From Bacillus subtilis subsp. subtilis str. 168 (GTDB taxonomy: Bacteria > Bacillota > Bacilli > Bacillales > Bacillaceae): DNA of 32,000 nt. A model generated the notes under the pieces. That model was given only the letters and a program-made list of their open reading frames with translations. It did no database searches and was not told the DNA's origin. The DNA lies in contig NC_000964.3 in the NCBI RefSeq assembly GCF_000009045.1, positions 1,470,001 through 1,502,000 of the forward strand. The letters run 5' to 3'. The translations under genes and the position numbers were made by a program. The first letter of the stretch is position 1, and each line of letters opens with the position of its first letter. Below are positions 1 to 9,136 of this stretch, piece by piece.

Positions 1-25
1 GATGATCATGCAAAGGAGGGATTCT

Positions 26-1846
26 GTGGAACAGGATACGCAGCATGTTAAACCACTTCAAACAAAAACCGATATTCATGCAGTCTTGGCCTCTAATGGA
101 CGCATCATTTATATATCTGCCAACTCCAAACTGCATTTGGGCTATCTCCAAGGAGAGATGATCGGATCATTCCTCAAAACGTTTCTGCATGAGGAAGACC
201 AATTTTTGGTTGAAAGCTATTTTTATAATGAACATCATCTGATGCCGTGCACCTTTCGTTTTATTAAAAAAGATCATACGATTGTGTGGGTGGAGGCTGC
301 GGTAGAAATTGTTACGACAAGAGCTGAGCGGACAGAACGGGAAATCATTTTGAAAATGAAGGTTCTTGAAGAAGAAACAGGCCATCAATCCCTAAACTGC
401 GAAAAACATGAAATCGAACCTGCAAGCCCGGAATCGACTACATATATAACGGATGATTATGAACGGTTGGTTGAAAATCTCCCGAGTCCGCTATGCATCA
501 GTGTCAAAGGCAAGATCGTCTATGTAAACAGCGCGATGCTTTCAATGCTGGGAGCCAAAAGCAAGGATGCTATTATTGGTAAATCGTCCTATGAATTTAT
601 TGAAGAAGAATATCATGATATCGTGAAAAACAGGATTATACGAATGCAAAAAGGAATGGAAGTCGGAATGATTGAACAGACGTGGAAAAGGCTTGATGGC
701 ACACCTGTTCATTTAGAAGTGAAAGCATCCCCGACCGTCTACAAAAACCAGCAGGCTGAGCTGCTGCTGCTGATCGATATCTCTTCAAGGAAAAAATTCC
801 AAACCATCCTGCAAAAAAGCCGTGAACGATATCAGCTGCTGATTCAAAATTCCATTGATACCATTGCGGTGATTCACAATGGAAAATGGGTATTTATGAA
901 TGAATCGGGAATTTCCCTGTTTGAAGCGGCTACATATGAGGATTTAATTGGCAAAAACATATACGATCAGCTGCATCCTTGCGATCACGAGGATGTAAAA
1001 GAGAGAATCCAAAACATTGCCGAGCAAAAAACAGAATCTGAAATTGTCAAGCAATCCTGGTTCACCTTTCAGAACAGGGTCATCTATACGGAGATGGTCT
1101 GCATTCCGACGACCTTTTTTGGTGAAGCGGCCGTCCAGGTCATTCTTCGGGACATCTCAGAGAGAAAACAAACAGAAGAATTGATGCTGAAATCGGAAAA
1201 ATTATCAATCGCAGGGCAGCTCGCGGCGGGAATCGCCCATGAGATCCGCAACCCTCTTACAGCGATCAAAGGATTTTTACAGCTGATGAAACCGACAATG
1301 GAAGGCAACGAACATTACTTTGATATTGTGTTTTCTGAACTCAGCCGTATCGAATTAATACTCAGTGAACTGCTCATGCTGGCGAAACCTCAGCAAAATG
1401 CTGTCAAAGAATATTTGAACTTGAAAAAATTAATTGGTGAGGTTTCAGCCCTGTTAGAAACGCAGGCGAATTTAAATGGCATTTTTATCAGAACAAGTTA
1501 TGAAAAAGACAGCATTTATATAAACGGGGATCAAAACCAATTAAAGCAGGTATTCATTAATTTAATCAAAAATGCAGTTGAATCAATGCCTGATGGGGGA
1601 ACAGTAGACATTATCATAACCGAAGATGAGCATTCTGTTCATGTTACTGTCAAAGACGAAGGGGAAGGTATACCTGAAAAGGTACTAAACCGGATTGGAG
1701 AGCCATTTTTAACAACAAAAGAAAAAGGTACGGGGCTTGGATTAATGGTGACATTTAATATCATTGAAAACCATCAGGGAGTTATACATGTGGACAGCCA
1801 TCCTGAAAAAGGCACAGCGTTTAAAATTTCATTTCCAAAAAAATAA
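26..1846 (+). CDS. kinA: Sporulation sensor histidine kinase A (PAS domains, HisKA, HATPase)
   Basis: GTG start behind AAAGGAGGG; 606 aa. H-box 'AGIAHEIRNPLTAIKG', N box 'IKNAVESMPDGG', G box 'GTGLGLMV'. Confidence 0.96.
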   Translation: MEQDTQHVKPLQTKTDIHAVLASNGRIIYISANSKLHLGYLQGEMIGSFLKTFLHEEDQFLVESYFYNEHHLMPCTFRFIKKDHTIVWVEAAVEIVTTRAERTEREIILKMKVLEEETGHQSLNCEKHEIEPASPESTTYITDDYERLVENLPSPLCISVKGKIVYVNSAMLSMLGAKSKDAIIGKSSYEFIEEEYHDIVKNRIIRMQKGMEVGMIEQTWKRLDGTPVHLEVKASPTVYKNQQAELLLLIDISSRKKFQTILQKSRERYQLLIQNSIDTIAVIHNGKWVFMNESGISLFEAATYEDLIGKNIYDQLHPCDHEDVKERIQNIAEQKTESEIVKQSWFTFQNRVIYTEMVCIPTTFFGEAAVQVILRDISERKQTEELMLKSEKLSIAGQLAAGIAHEIRNPLTAIKGFLQLMKPTMEGNEHYFDIVFSELSRIELILSELLMLAKPQQNAVKEYLNLKKLIGEVSALLETQANLNGIFIRTSYEKDSIYINGDQNQLKQVFINLIKNAVESMPDGGTVDIIITEDEHSVHVTVKDEGEGIPEKVLNRIGEPFLTTKEKGTGLGLMVTFNIIENHQGVIHVDSHPEKGTAFKISFPKK

Positions 1847-1872
1847 AAACAACGGCTTAAACGCCGTTGTTT
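1847..1872. terminator. Bidirectional intrinsic terminator shared by convergent kinA and patA
   Basis: Perfect 10-bp inverted repeat AAACAACGGC / GCCGTTGTTT with 6-nt loop; T-rich on the minus side (GTTTTTATTTTTTT). It includes the patA stop codon. Confidence 0.85.
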
Positions 1873-3038
1873 ATCGTCTGCATTGCTTCACGTTTTTTTA
1901 ATACAAATAATTCTAAACGGTCTAGGCCTTCTCTCAGCGTGTCCATTGAGCATGCAAAAGACAGCCTTACATATCCTTCACCATATGTTGAGAACGAGCT
2001 GCCCGGCACGAGTGCCACGCCAGCGTCTTCCAAAAGAGCCATACTAAAATCAAATGAAGTCATTCCAAATGATTTAATAGAAGGGAAGATATAAAACGCA
2101 CCGGACGGTTTAACTACGTCAAGTCCCATGGAAACAAGACGGTCATAAACATAGTCCAGACGTTTTTTGTATTGTTCTCTCATAATCAATGCATCGTCAA
2201 AGCCGTTTGTGACAGCTTCAAGCGCGGCTTTTTGAGAAATGGATGAGGCGCACGACACATTGTATTGATGAACCTTTAAAATGTGCTTTGCAATGTCTTT
2301 CGGTGCAAATAAAAATCCAATTCTCCAACCGGTCATGCTGTGTGATTTTGACAACCCGTTAATGACAATCGTTTGATCCCGCAAATAGGTTGCGATGGAG
2401 TAATGCGGTCTGTCATATGTTAATTCACTGTATATTTCATCAGACAATACGAAGACATTTCTGCCTTTTAAGAGAGCTGCGATGCTTTTCAGTTCTTCTT
2501 CAGATAAAGTCACGCCGGTAGGGTTTGACGGATAAGGAAGCACGACACACTTGGTGTTGGGTGTCAGAGCATCTTCAATCAGCCGGGCGGTAAGCTTAAA
2601 GCCGTGTGACGTAGTATCAACAATGACAGGCTTGGCCCCGCACAAATTGATAATAGGTTCATAGCCCGGATAAATAGGCCCTGGCATAATGACTTCATCA
2701 CCGGGAGATAAAATCGTCCGGAATGCAGCATCAATGGCTTGGCTTGCGCCTGTTGTGATGATAATTTCAGATTCAGCATCATAGTTGAAATCCGCTTTTT
2801 TCTTCATATAAAGCTGCACAGCTTGTCTCAGCTCCAGGTAGCCGGCATTCGGAGTATATGACGTCACGTTTTCATCAATGGCTTTTTTTGCGGCAGCTTT
2901 CACATGATGCGGTGTGAAAAAATCAGGCTGGCCGATTGTAAGTGAAATGACGTCTTCGTGTTGGGCTACAAGATTCGAGAATTTGCGTATTCCTGAAATT
3001 TCGATCTCTCTTGCTTTCGGATTCAGCAAATGTTCCAT
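1857..3038 (-). CDS. patA: PLP-dependent class I/II aminotransferase PatA
   Basis: 393 aa; PLP lysine motif 'SLSKSHSMTGWRIGF'; N-terminal 'KFSNLVAQHEDVISLTIGQPDF'. Confidence 0.93.
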   Translation of the reverse strand: MEHLLNPKAREIEISGIRKFSNLVAQHEDVISLTIGQPDFFTPHHVKAAAKKAIDENVTSYTPNAGYLELRQAVQLYMKKKADFNYDAESEIIITTGASQAIDAAFRTILSPGDEVIMPGPIYPGYEPIINLCGAKPVIVDTTSHGFKLTARLIEDALTPNTKCVVLPYPSNPTGVTLSEEELKSIAALLKGRNVFVLSDEIYSELTYDRPHYSIATYLRDQTIVINGLSKSHSMTGWRIGFLFAPKDIAKHILKVHQYNVSCASSISQKAALEAVTNGFDDALIMREQYKKRLDYVYDRLVSMGLDVVKPSGAFYIFPSIKSFGMTSFDFSMALLEDAGVALVPGSSFSTYGEGYVRLSFACSMDTLREGLDRLELFVLKKREAMQTINNGV

Positions 3039-3171
3039 AATTCATCACCTTAACAAATATAATGAGTTTATCCTATTTTACCACTAGCTGATCATTTGTC
3101 ACCTTTTTAACTGATATATTTCGATTGTATGCGCCTTTTTTCTAAACATACCTTTCTTTTCAGAAAAAAAG

Positions 3172-3197
3172 AAGACAACCAGCGATTTGATTGTCTT
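3172..3197 (-). terminator. Intrinsic terminator for the 53-aa minus-strand ORF
   Basis: On the minus strand: AAGACAA-N12-TTGTCTT followed by CTTTTTTTC. Confidence 0.6.
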
Positions 3198-3239
3198 TAT
3201 TGTATCATGTTCTATTATTGTTTATATGTGCCAATTTCA

Positions 3240-3401
3240 TTAATAGCCATAATCAAAATGAAGGTCTTCGTGCCAAATCAGATACGGAGGATGCTCTTCT
3301 TGAAGGTCAGCTGATTCTTTCTTCATATTCAGGTAAGTTTCTTCACTGATATCCTCTAAAACAGTCATTTCGTTTTCTTTAAATATTACTAAGGTACCCA
3401 T
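3240..3401 (-). CDS. Small protein of unknown function (53 aa), absent from the supplied ORF track
   Basis: Translates as [65 protein letters not shown] lies upstream of the ATG and a terminator follows. I think this is ykzT but am not certain of the symbol. Confidence 0.8.
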
Positions 3402-3538
3402 TATTTACACCCTTCTTTGGAAAAATCCTTGACTATTTTATCACTGTTAGTTGGAAAGTCAATGGTTATTAGGAAAAAAGTTTCTTTTTTGAGGAACGCG
3501 GCTTGTTGCCTTCGGAATTCGATTTTGAAGAGCTGCCA

Positions 3539-3565
3539 TTCACTTTTTACAAATTACGCCGATAT
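3539..3565 (+). promoter_or_regulatory. Candidate SigD promoter of cheV
   Basis: GCCGATAT at 3558-3565 matches the SigD -10 consensus. The -35 is poor (TTCA at 3539-3542, 15-nt spacing). Established knowledge places cheV in the SigD regulon. Confidence 0.55.
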
Positions 3566-3604
3566 ATACAGTACAATACTGAATGCGAATAGCGAGGGAT
3601 TGAA

Positions 3605-4516
3605 TTGTCGTTACAACAATACGAAATTTTATTGGATTCTGGTACAAATGAATTAGAAATTGTGAAGTTTGGCGTGGGTGAAAATGCTTTCGGAATTAAC
3701 GTCATGAAGGTAAGAGAAATTATTCAGCCTGTCGAGGTGACATCAGTGCCTCACTCCCATCAGCATGTAGAAGGAATGATTAAACTCAGAGGAGAAATCC
3801 TCCCTGTGATCAGTCTCTTCTCATTTTTTGGAGTAGAGCCTGAAGGATCAAAAGATGAGAAATATATCGTGACTGAATTTAATAAACGGAAAATTGTTTT
3901 TCATGTCGGCTCTGTTTCTCAAATTCACAGAGTATCCTGGGAAGCGATTGAAAAGCCGACATCGTTAAATCAAGGAATGGAGCGGCACCTTACCGGTATT
4001 ATTAAGCTCGAAGACCTGATGATCTTTTTGCCTGACTATGAAAAAATTATTTATGACATTGAATCAGATTCAGGTGTTGACACGTATAATATGCATACCG
4101 AGGGCTTCGATGAAAGAAGAACTGATAAAAAGCTTATCATTGTAGAGGACTCACCGCTTTTGATGCGCCTCTTGCAGGATGAATTAAAAGAAGCAGGGTA
4201 CAACAATATCGCTTCGTTTGAAAATGGAAAAGAGGCATATGAATACATTATGAACCTTGCTGAAAACGAAACTGATTTATCAAAACAGATTGATATGATC
4301 ATCACTGATATTGAAATGCCAAAAATGGACGGACACAGGCTCACAAAGCTGCTGAAGGAAAATCCGAAAAGCTCAGATGTGCCGGTTATGATTTTCTCAT
4401 CGTTAATTACGGATGATCTGCGTCACCGCGGCGAAGTTGTAGGCGCAGATGAGCAAATCAGCAAGCCTGAGATCAGTGATTTGATTAAAAAAGTGGATAC
4501 GTATGTTATTGAATAA
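3605..4516 (+). CDS. cheV: Chemotaxis protein CheV (CheW-like domain plus receiver domain)
   Basis: TTG start; 303 aa; receiver '[21 protein letters not shown]...[17 protein letters not shown]'. Confidence 0.95.
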
Positions 4517-4520
4517 ATAA

Positions 4521-4557
4521 AAACAGCCGTTGCCAGAAAGAGGCACGGCTGTTTTTA
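4521..4557. terminator. Intrinsic terminator between convergent cheV and ykyB
   Basis: AAACAGCCGT ... ACGGCTGTTT followed by TT, with an inner GCC/GGC pairing. Confidence 0.85.
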
Positions 4558-4559
4558 TT

Positions 4560-5024
4560 TTAAAAGTAACTCTCGCCAAGTTTTTTAAAGACCGGTTTAT
4601 GGTAAGCTGGCTGCTGGCGATTTGGCACTAGCGGCTTTTCTTTCATGCCGACATATTCTTGCAATAGGTGTTTCGCTTTTGTTAAAGACATTTGAGCTTT
4701 AGGATTTCGATACGATTGATTAAGTGTACCTAAATGCGGAAGATGTTCGAAGTCTTCTTTAGTTGGAGGCATGTGAAAATAGTAGTCTCCGATTGAGATA
4801 AGCACGTCCGATTGCTGTTGGCTGAACCTTGGATTTTTTGAAAAATGAAGCCCTATTTTCTTTCCTTTACCTTCTTTGACAAGCTTTTGCAAAGCCCGTT
4901 TTTTCAGCAGATATAGGTATTTAGGGTTGGGGGCGGTTTTTGCATGGCGGTTCACAGTGTAAACTGCTTTTGAAAGATTTTCTACGGTTGGCTGCAGATC
5001 TTTCGTATATGCATGGTCGTCCAT
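4560..5024 (-). CDS. ykyB: Conserved protein of unknown function YkyB
   Basis: 154-aa ORF in the expected place; SD AAAGGAGAG. Confidence 0.85.
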   Translation of the reverse strand: MDDHAYTKDLQPTVENLSKAVYTVNRHAKTAPNPKYLYLLKKRALQKLVKEGKGKKIGLHFSKNPRFSQQQSDVLISIGDYYFHMPPTKEDFEHLPHLGTLNQSYRNPKAQMSLTKAKHLLQEYVGMKEKPLVPNRQQPAYHKPVFKKLGESYF

Positions 5025-5102
5025 TATTTCTCTCCTTTGCTCTTATCAATTTCTATATGTTTAGATTATACTTTTTTAAAGTTGAAATGCAAATATTGAA
5101 TG

Positions 5103-5142
5103 TAAAAATGCGCTTTTTTCTAAGAAAAAAAGCGCATTTTTA
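5103..5142. terminator. Bidirectional terminator between ykyB and ykuC
   Basis: Long A/T-flanked inverted repeat AAAAATGCGCTTTTTT ... AAAAAAGCGCATTTTT (end coordinates approximate). Confidence 0.75.
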
Positions 5143-5149
5143 ACCTGCA

Positions 5150-6442
5150 TTATACAGATCTTGCCTTCTTTTTCGGCTGTTCTTGAAATGCTTCCTGAAC
5201 ATTCACTTCCACAGCCTGAGCACTGTATTTTGGCAGTGCAATAAAATAAAAAATAAAAACGAGCAGGATAATAACACCCATGCCGTAATAAAGATAATCA
5301 ATGTTTGAAACAAACTTAGGGAATAACAGCGCGACTAAGCCGAGTGTCAAAGATTGTGCAAACATCATAAAAGGGTCCTGCATGCCGCTTACACGTCCCA
5401 TCAGTTTTGGATGAACAATTTTTGGCATCCACCCTCCGATTGCAATGTTGATCGGTCCGATACACATTCCCAGTGCAAAAGCTGCCGCGTAATACACCCA
5501 TAAAATATTGGTGTAGCCGAGGACGAAGATCAGCAAACCTGCAATGAAAATCGGTATCGACATTAAAAAGTGCGGCTTCACTTTTTTAGAGATGAGCGTG
5601 CCGATTACGCTTCCTGCCAGAAGCCCAAACCCGAGTGCGATCGTAAATACAGACGTATGCCACTCATAACGGTCAGGCGCCAATCCATATTTCATTGTAA
5701 ACATCGGCAATACGGCGAATCCTCCATTGACAAATCCAAAAATGAAGAAGCCAAAAATAAGAGATGCCAGCAATTTGTTTTTTAAAATATAGAGGATGCC
5801 TTCTCTAAAGTCATTTATTGAATCCTTAACAGAAGTCTTTCTCCAGCTGAATGCACCGTTTGGCTGTCGGGCTTCTTTTGGAATCCGGCAGCTGCGGATC
5901 AGCAGCCCGGAAATGATAAAGCTGACAAAATCAAGAATAATGGCGCCTTCAATACCGATTGTGTTGTACATAAACGCGCCTATGCCGACTCCAAACACCA
6001 TAAAAATGCTAAAAAGCATCTGATTAAGCCCTGCCGCTTTCGCATAATGCTCCTTCGGCAGAATGGCTTGTACCAAACTGTTTTCTGCCGGAAAGAAAAA
6101 CTTTGTTACAGCGCTTCTGATAAATAAGATACAAAAAACAAGAGGAATATTGCCGGTAAATAAAGTGAAAAAAAGCACGACAGTCAGGCCTGCTCTGATC
6201 CAATCACAATTTTCTGCCACCTTTTTTCTATCAAACCGGTCCGCGACGACTCCCACGATCAGAAATACAAATATGGTCGGAAGAGAATACATCAGCTCCG
6301 CCAAGGTCGTATATGAAGGCTGGCTGCTGAATCGGTCCAGCAAAAAAAAAGCAAAGGCCATGTTGCCTACTGTCGTGCCCATTTGAGAAGCGAGTGCTGC
6401 GAAAAATAGACGAACAAAATTACGATTTTTAAATATATCCAT
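5150..6442 (-). CDS. ykuC: Major facilitator superfamily transporter YkuC
   Basis: 430 aa with about 12 hydrophobic segments; MFS loop 'GVVADRFDRKKVAENCD'. Confidence 0.88.
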   Translation of the reverse strand: MDIFKNRNFVRLFFAALASQMGTTVGNMAFAFFLLDRFSSQPSYTTLAELMYSLPTIFVFLIVGVVADRFDRKKVAENCDWIRAGLTVVLFFTLFTGNIPLVFCILFIRSAVTKFFFPAENSLVQAILPKEHYAKAAGLNQMLFSIFMVFGVGIGAFMYNTIGIEGAIILDFVSFIISGLLIRSCRIPKEARQPNGAFSWRKTSVKDSINDFREGILYILKNKLLASLIFGFFIFGFVNGGFAVLPMFTMKYGLAPDRYEWHTSVFTIALGFGLLAGSVIGTLISKKVKPHFLMSIPIFIAGLLIFVLGYTNILWVYYAAAFALGMCIGPINIAIGGWMPKIVHPKLMGRVSGMQDPFMMFAQSLTLGLVALLFPKFVSNIDYLYYGMGVIILLVFIFYFIALPKYSAQAVEVNVQEAFQEQPKKKARSV

Positions 6443-6517
6443 AAAAACGCTCCTTACCCTAAAGGTCCCACTTTATCATATTATAAACCGCCTGTTTTTG
6501 AAACAAATAAGAAAACA

Positions 6518-7012
6518 TTACCGGTTAATCGTGACTCTCGTTCCGTTTGGCACAATTGAAGCAAGTTCGATCACGTCTTTGTTATGCATGCGAATGCAGC
6601 CTTTAGAAACAGCCTTACCAATCGAAGCGGGATTATTCGTCCCATGTATTCCGTAGTGCTGCTTTGAAAGGCTCAGCCAATAAGCGCCAAATGGGCCGCC
6701 GGGATTGCGCTGGCGGTTAATAATGTAAAACTCGCCAGTAGGCGTTTGCGTTAGTATTTTACCAACGGCGATGGGATAGGTTTTCATTACCCGATTATTT
6801 AGGGACAGCGTAAGGGTCTTCGCTCCGATTGAGACTGCGATATGATACGGAATTGTATAAGGGTCCGGCAGTCCGGGGATGACTATGGACTGTCCCGCGG
6901 TGAGCCCTGCCTGCAGTGACGGATTAGCCTGGAGTAATGCAGCCGTGCTGATTCTGAAATCAGCCGCGATGCTGTTCAGTGTATCACCTTGCTTCACCTG
7001 GTACGTAAGCAG
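6518..7012 (-). CDS. ykuD: L,D-transpeptidase YkuD with N-terminal LysM domain
   Basis: LysM '[28 protein letters not shown]'; catalytic '[20 protein letters not shown]'. The CTG start at 7012 fits the SD spacing; the ORF track uses an ATG at 7021 that abuts the SD. Confidence 0.93.
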   Translation of the reverse strand: MLTYQVKQGDTLNSIAADFRISTAALLQANPSLQAGLTAGQSIVIPGLPDPYTIPYHIAVSIGAKTLTLSLNNRVMKTYPIAVGKILTQTPTGEFYIINRQRNPGGPFGAYWLSLSKQHYGIHGTNNPASIGKAVSKGCIRMHNKDVIELASIVPNGTRVTINR

Positions 7013-7068
7013 TTTCCTCATCCTCCTTTTTTACTTATAAGTATTGATGAGGAGCCCATCCTGCTACA

Positions 7069-7929
7069 TTAATTTGTGCTTTTTAAGGTGAAGACAGTGA
7101 TTTCAGGCTTGGCAAGAAACCGCAAAGGCAGCCTGGTCATCCCGAGGCCTCGGTTTACGTAAATATGAGTGCTGCCCGTTTGATACATTCCCTCTGTGTA
7201 GACTTTTCCATATGGAGGCGTAATAATCGGTCCGTAAAAAGGCAGCTGAATCTGGCCGCCGTGTGTATGGCCGGAAAGCTGAAGGTTCACGGGATAATCT
7301 GTTGTTTTCAAGGCTGCATCAGGTTCATGGACGAGAAGAATGGAAAAAAGTCTGTCGCTCAGCCTTGAAAGGGTGCCTTCATAATCTGGGTTTCCCAGCA
7401 TTAAGTCATCAAGCGAAGCAATCTCGATTTTGCTGCCATCTGCGAGTGACAATGTTTGATAGCCATTGCGATATACCGTGAAACCTCCGGCCGTCATCAG
7501 GCTTTTGTAAACGGCAGTTCCATAGCCTCCGTGATCATGATTGCCGTAAATACAAAGCTTGCCGAAGGGAGCATTAAGCTTTCTCAATAATGGAATGACT
7601 GCCTGGTGGTGCTGGTACGTATCAGGATTATCAATAATATCACCTGTAAAAACAATGAGATCAGGTTTAGATTCATTAATTGTAAGAATGACAGTTTTTA
7701 AATCTTCGAGAGTAAAGTAATCACTCAAGTGTGCATCGCTGAACTGCACGATTTTAAAACCGTCAAATCCGTGCGGGATGAGAGAGCTTTTTATTGTGTG
7801 TTCGGTTGTCTCGATCATATGCGGCTCGAGATACCTGGCATAGCCATATCCCCCGCCGGCCGTTAAAGCCCCGGCAGCAAGAGCGCCGAACATTCCTTTT
7901 AGAAATTGTCTTCTGGACATCTTTTTCAT
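7069..7929 (-). CDS. ykuE: Tat-exported metallophosphoesterase YkuE
   Basis: Twin-arginine signal 'MSRRQFLKGMFGALAAGALTAGGG'; metallophosphatase motifs 'FSDAHL', 'GDIID', 'GNHDHG', 'SGHTHGGQ'. Confidence 0.93.
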   Translation of the reverse strand: MKKMSRRQFLKGMFGALAAGALTAGGGYGYARYLEPHMIETTEHTIKSSLIPHGFDGFKIVQFSDAHLSDYFTLEDLKTVILTINESKPDLIVFTGDIIDNPDTYQHHQAVIPLLRKLNAPFGKLCIYGNHDHGGYGTAVYKSLMTAGGFTVYRNGYQTLSLADGSKIEIASLDDLMLGNPDYEGTLSRLSDRLFSILLVHEPDAALKTTDYPVNLQLSGHTHGGQIQLPFYGPIITPPYGKVYTEGMYQTGSTHIYVNRGLGMTRLPLRFLAKPEITVFTLKSTN

Positions 7930-8001
7930 TTCAAACCAACCTTTAATAGAGTTTTTCTATTATATCATCTGTATCTGATAAAAATCTCATATGAGCATGT
8001 G

Positions 8002-8031
8002 CTGACAGAGGCAGGGATATAATGATAGAAT
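8002..8031 (+). promoter_or_regulatory. Candidate SigA promoter of fadH
   Basis: CTGACA (8002-8007), 18-nt spacer, TAGAAT (8026-8031). Confidence 0.5.
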
Positions 8032-8036
8032 ATTAT

Positions 8037-8054
8037 TGAATGAATAATCATTCA
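8037..8054 (+). promoter_or_regulatory. FadR operator upstream of fadH
   Basis: TGAATGA-ATAA-TCATTCA, 7-bp perfect arms, matching the known B. subtilis FadR site; it overlaps the predicted transcription start. Confidence 0.85.
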
Positions 8055-8071
8055 CAATTGGAGGGATAAAC

Positions 8072-8836
8072 ATGGAAAAAAAGGCGGTAATTATTACCGG
8101 CGGGTCAAGCGGCATGGGAAAAGCGATGGCAAAAAAACAGGCTGAATTAGGGTGGCACGTTATGGTGACAGGGAGGAACCATGAGGCACTTGAGGAAACA
8201 AAAAAAGAAATTCAGACCTTTGAGGGACAGGTCGCTTGTTTTCAAATGGATGTCCGTTCCGATTCCGCCGCTTCAGACATGATTAAAGAAGCGGTAAAAG
8301 CCTTTGGCCGGCTTGACGCGCTGATTAACAACGCGGCCGGAAACTTTATTTGTCCGGCAGAAAAGCTGACGCCCAATGGATGGAAAGCCGTTATTGAGAT
8401 TGTTTTAAACGGCACATTTTTTTGCAGCCAAGCAGCGGCAAGGCATTGGATTGACCAGAAGCAGCAGGGTGTCATTTTAAATATGGCAGCCACGTACGCT
8501 TGGGGAGCGGGAGCGGGGGTCGTTCATTCCGCTGCAGCCAAAGCGGGGGTATTGTCATTGACAAGAACGCTGGCCGTTGAATGGGGGAGCAAATACGGCA
8601 TTCGTACAAACGCGATAGCCCCCGGACCGATTGAACGAACAGGCGGTGCGGAGAAGCTATTTGAATCGGAAAAAGCGATGGCCCGCACGATGAACAGTGT
8701 GCCGCTCGGCCGATTGGGCACACCGGAGGAAATCGCCGCTTTGGCAGCGTTTTTGCTTTCTGATGAAGCATCCTATATAAACGGGGATTGTATCACAATG
8801 GACGGGGGGCAATGGCTGAATCCTTATCCGTTTTAA
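8072..8836 (+). CDS. fadH: SDR-family 2,4-dienoyl-CoA reductase
   Basis: 254 aa; 'ITGGSSGMGKAMAKK', 'NNAAGNF', 'NGDCITMDGGQWLNPYPF'. Confidence 0.92.
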   Translation: MEKKAVIITGGSSGMGKAMAKKQAELGWHVMVTGRNHEALEETKKEIQTFEGQVACFQMDVRSDSAASDMIKEAVKAFGRLDALINNAAGNFICPAEKLTPNGWKAVIEIVLNGTFFCSQAAARHWIDQKQQGVILNMAATYAWGAGAGVVHSAAAKAGVLSLTRTLAVEWGSKYGIRTNAIAPGPIERTGGAEKLFESEKAMARTMNSVPLGRLGTPEEIAALAAFLLSDEASYINGDCITMDGGQWLNPYPF

Positions 8837-9136
8837 TCTGAATATTTATAAGTGAATATTTAAGTTATTAAGAACTTTTATGTTCGAATGTAATACCTCC
8901 ACAATTAACCTTCTTCCTATCCAATTTGATAACACATAGAGCTTTATTTGTTTATGAGGTGTTGTGTCATACGTAAGCCACCTAATATATGAAAGGTATA
9001 TTTTAAAAGGGGAGACGAAATATGAAGAACTTAGATTTCAAATAAAACATTCATATAATTACTTCGTTAACTAAAAAGAGAAATTATAAGAATGAAAGGT
9101 TTCAAGGTTACATCAGATTGGGAGGAAGGTAATATA

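Noticed and set aside
8870-8900. SOS/LexA-like box (GAACTTTTATGTTC) downstream of fadH
   Set aside because: Half-sites are separated by 6 nt rather than the 4 nt of the B. subtilis GAAC-N4-GTTC consensus.
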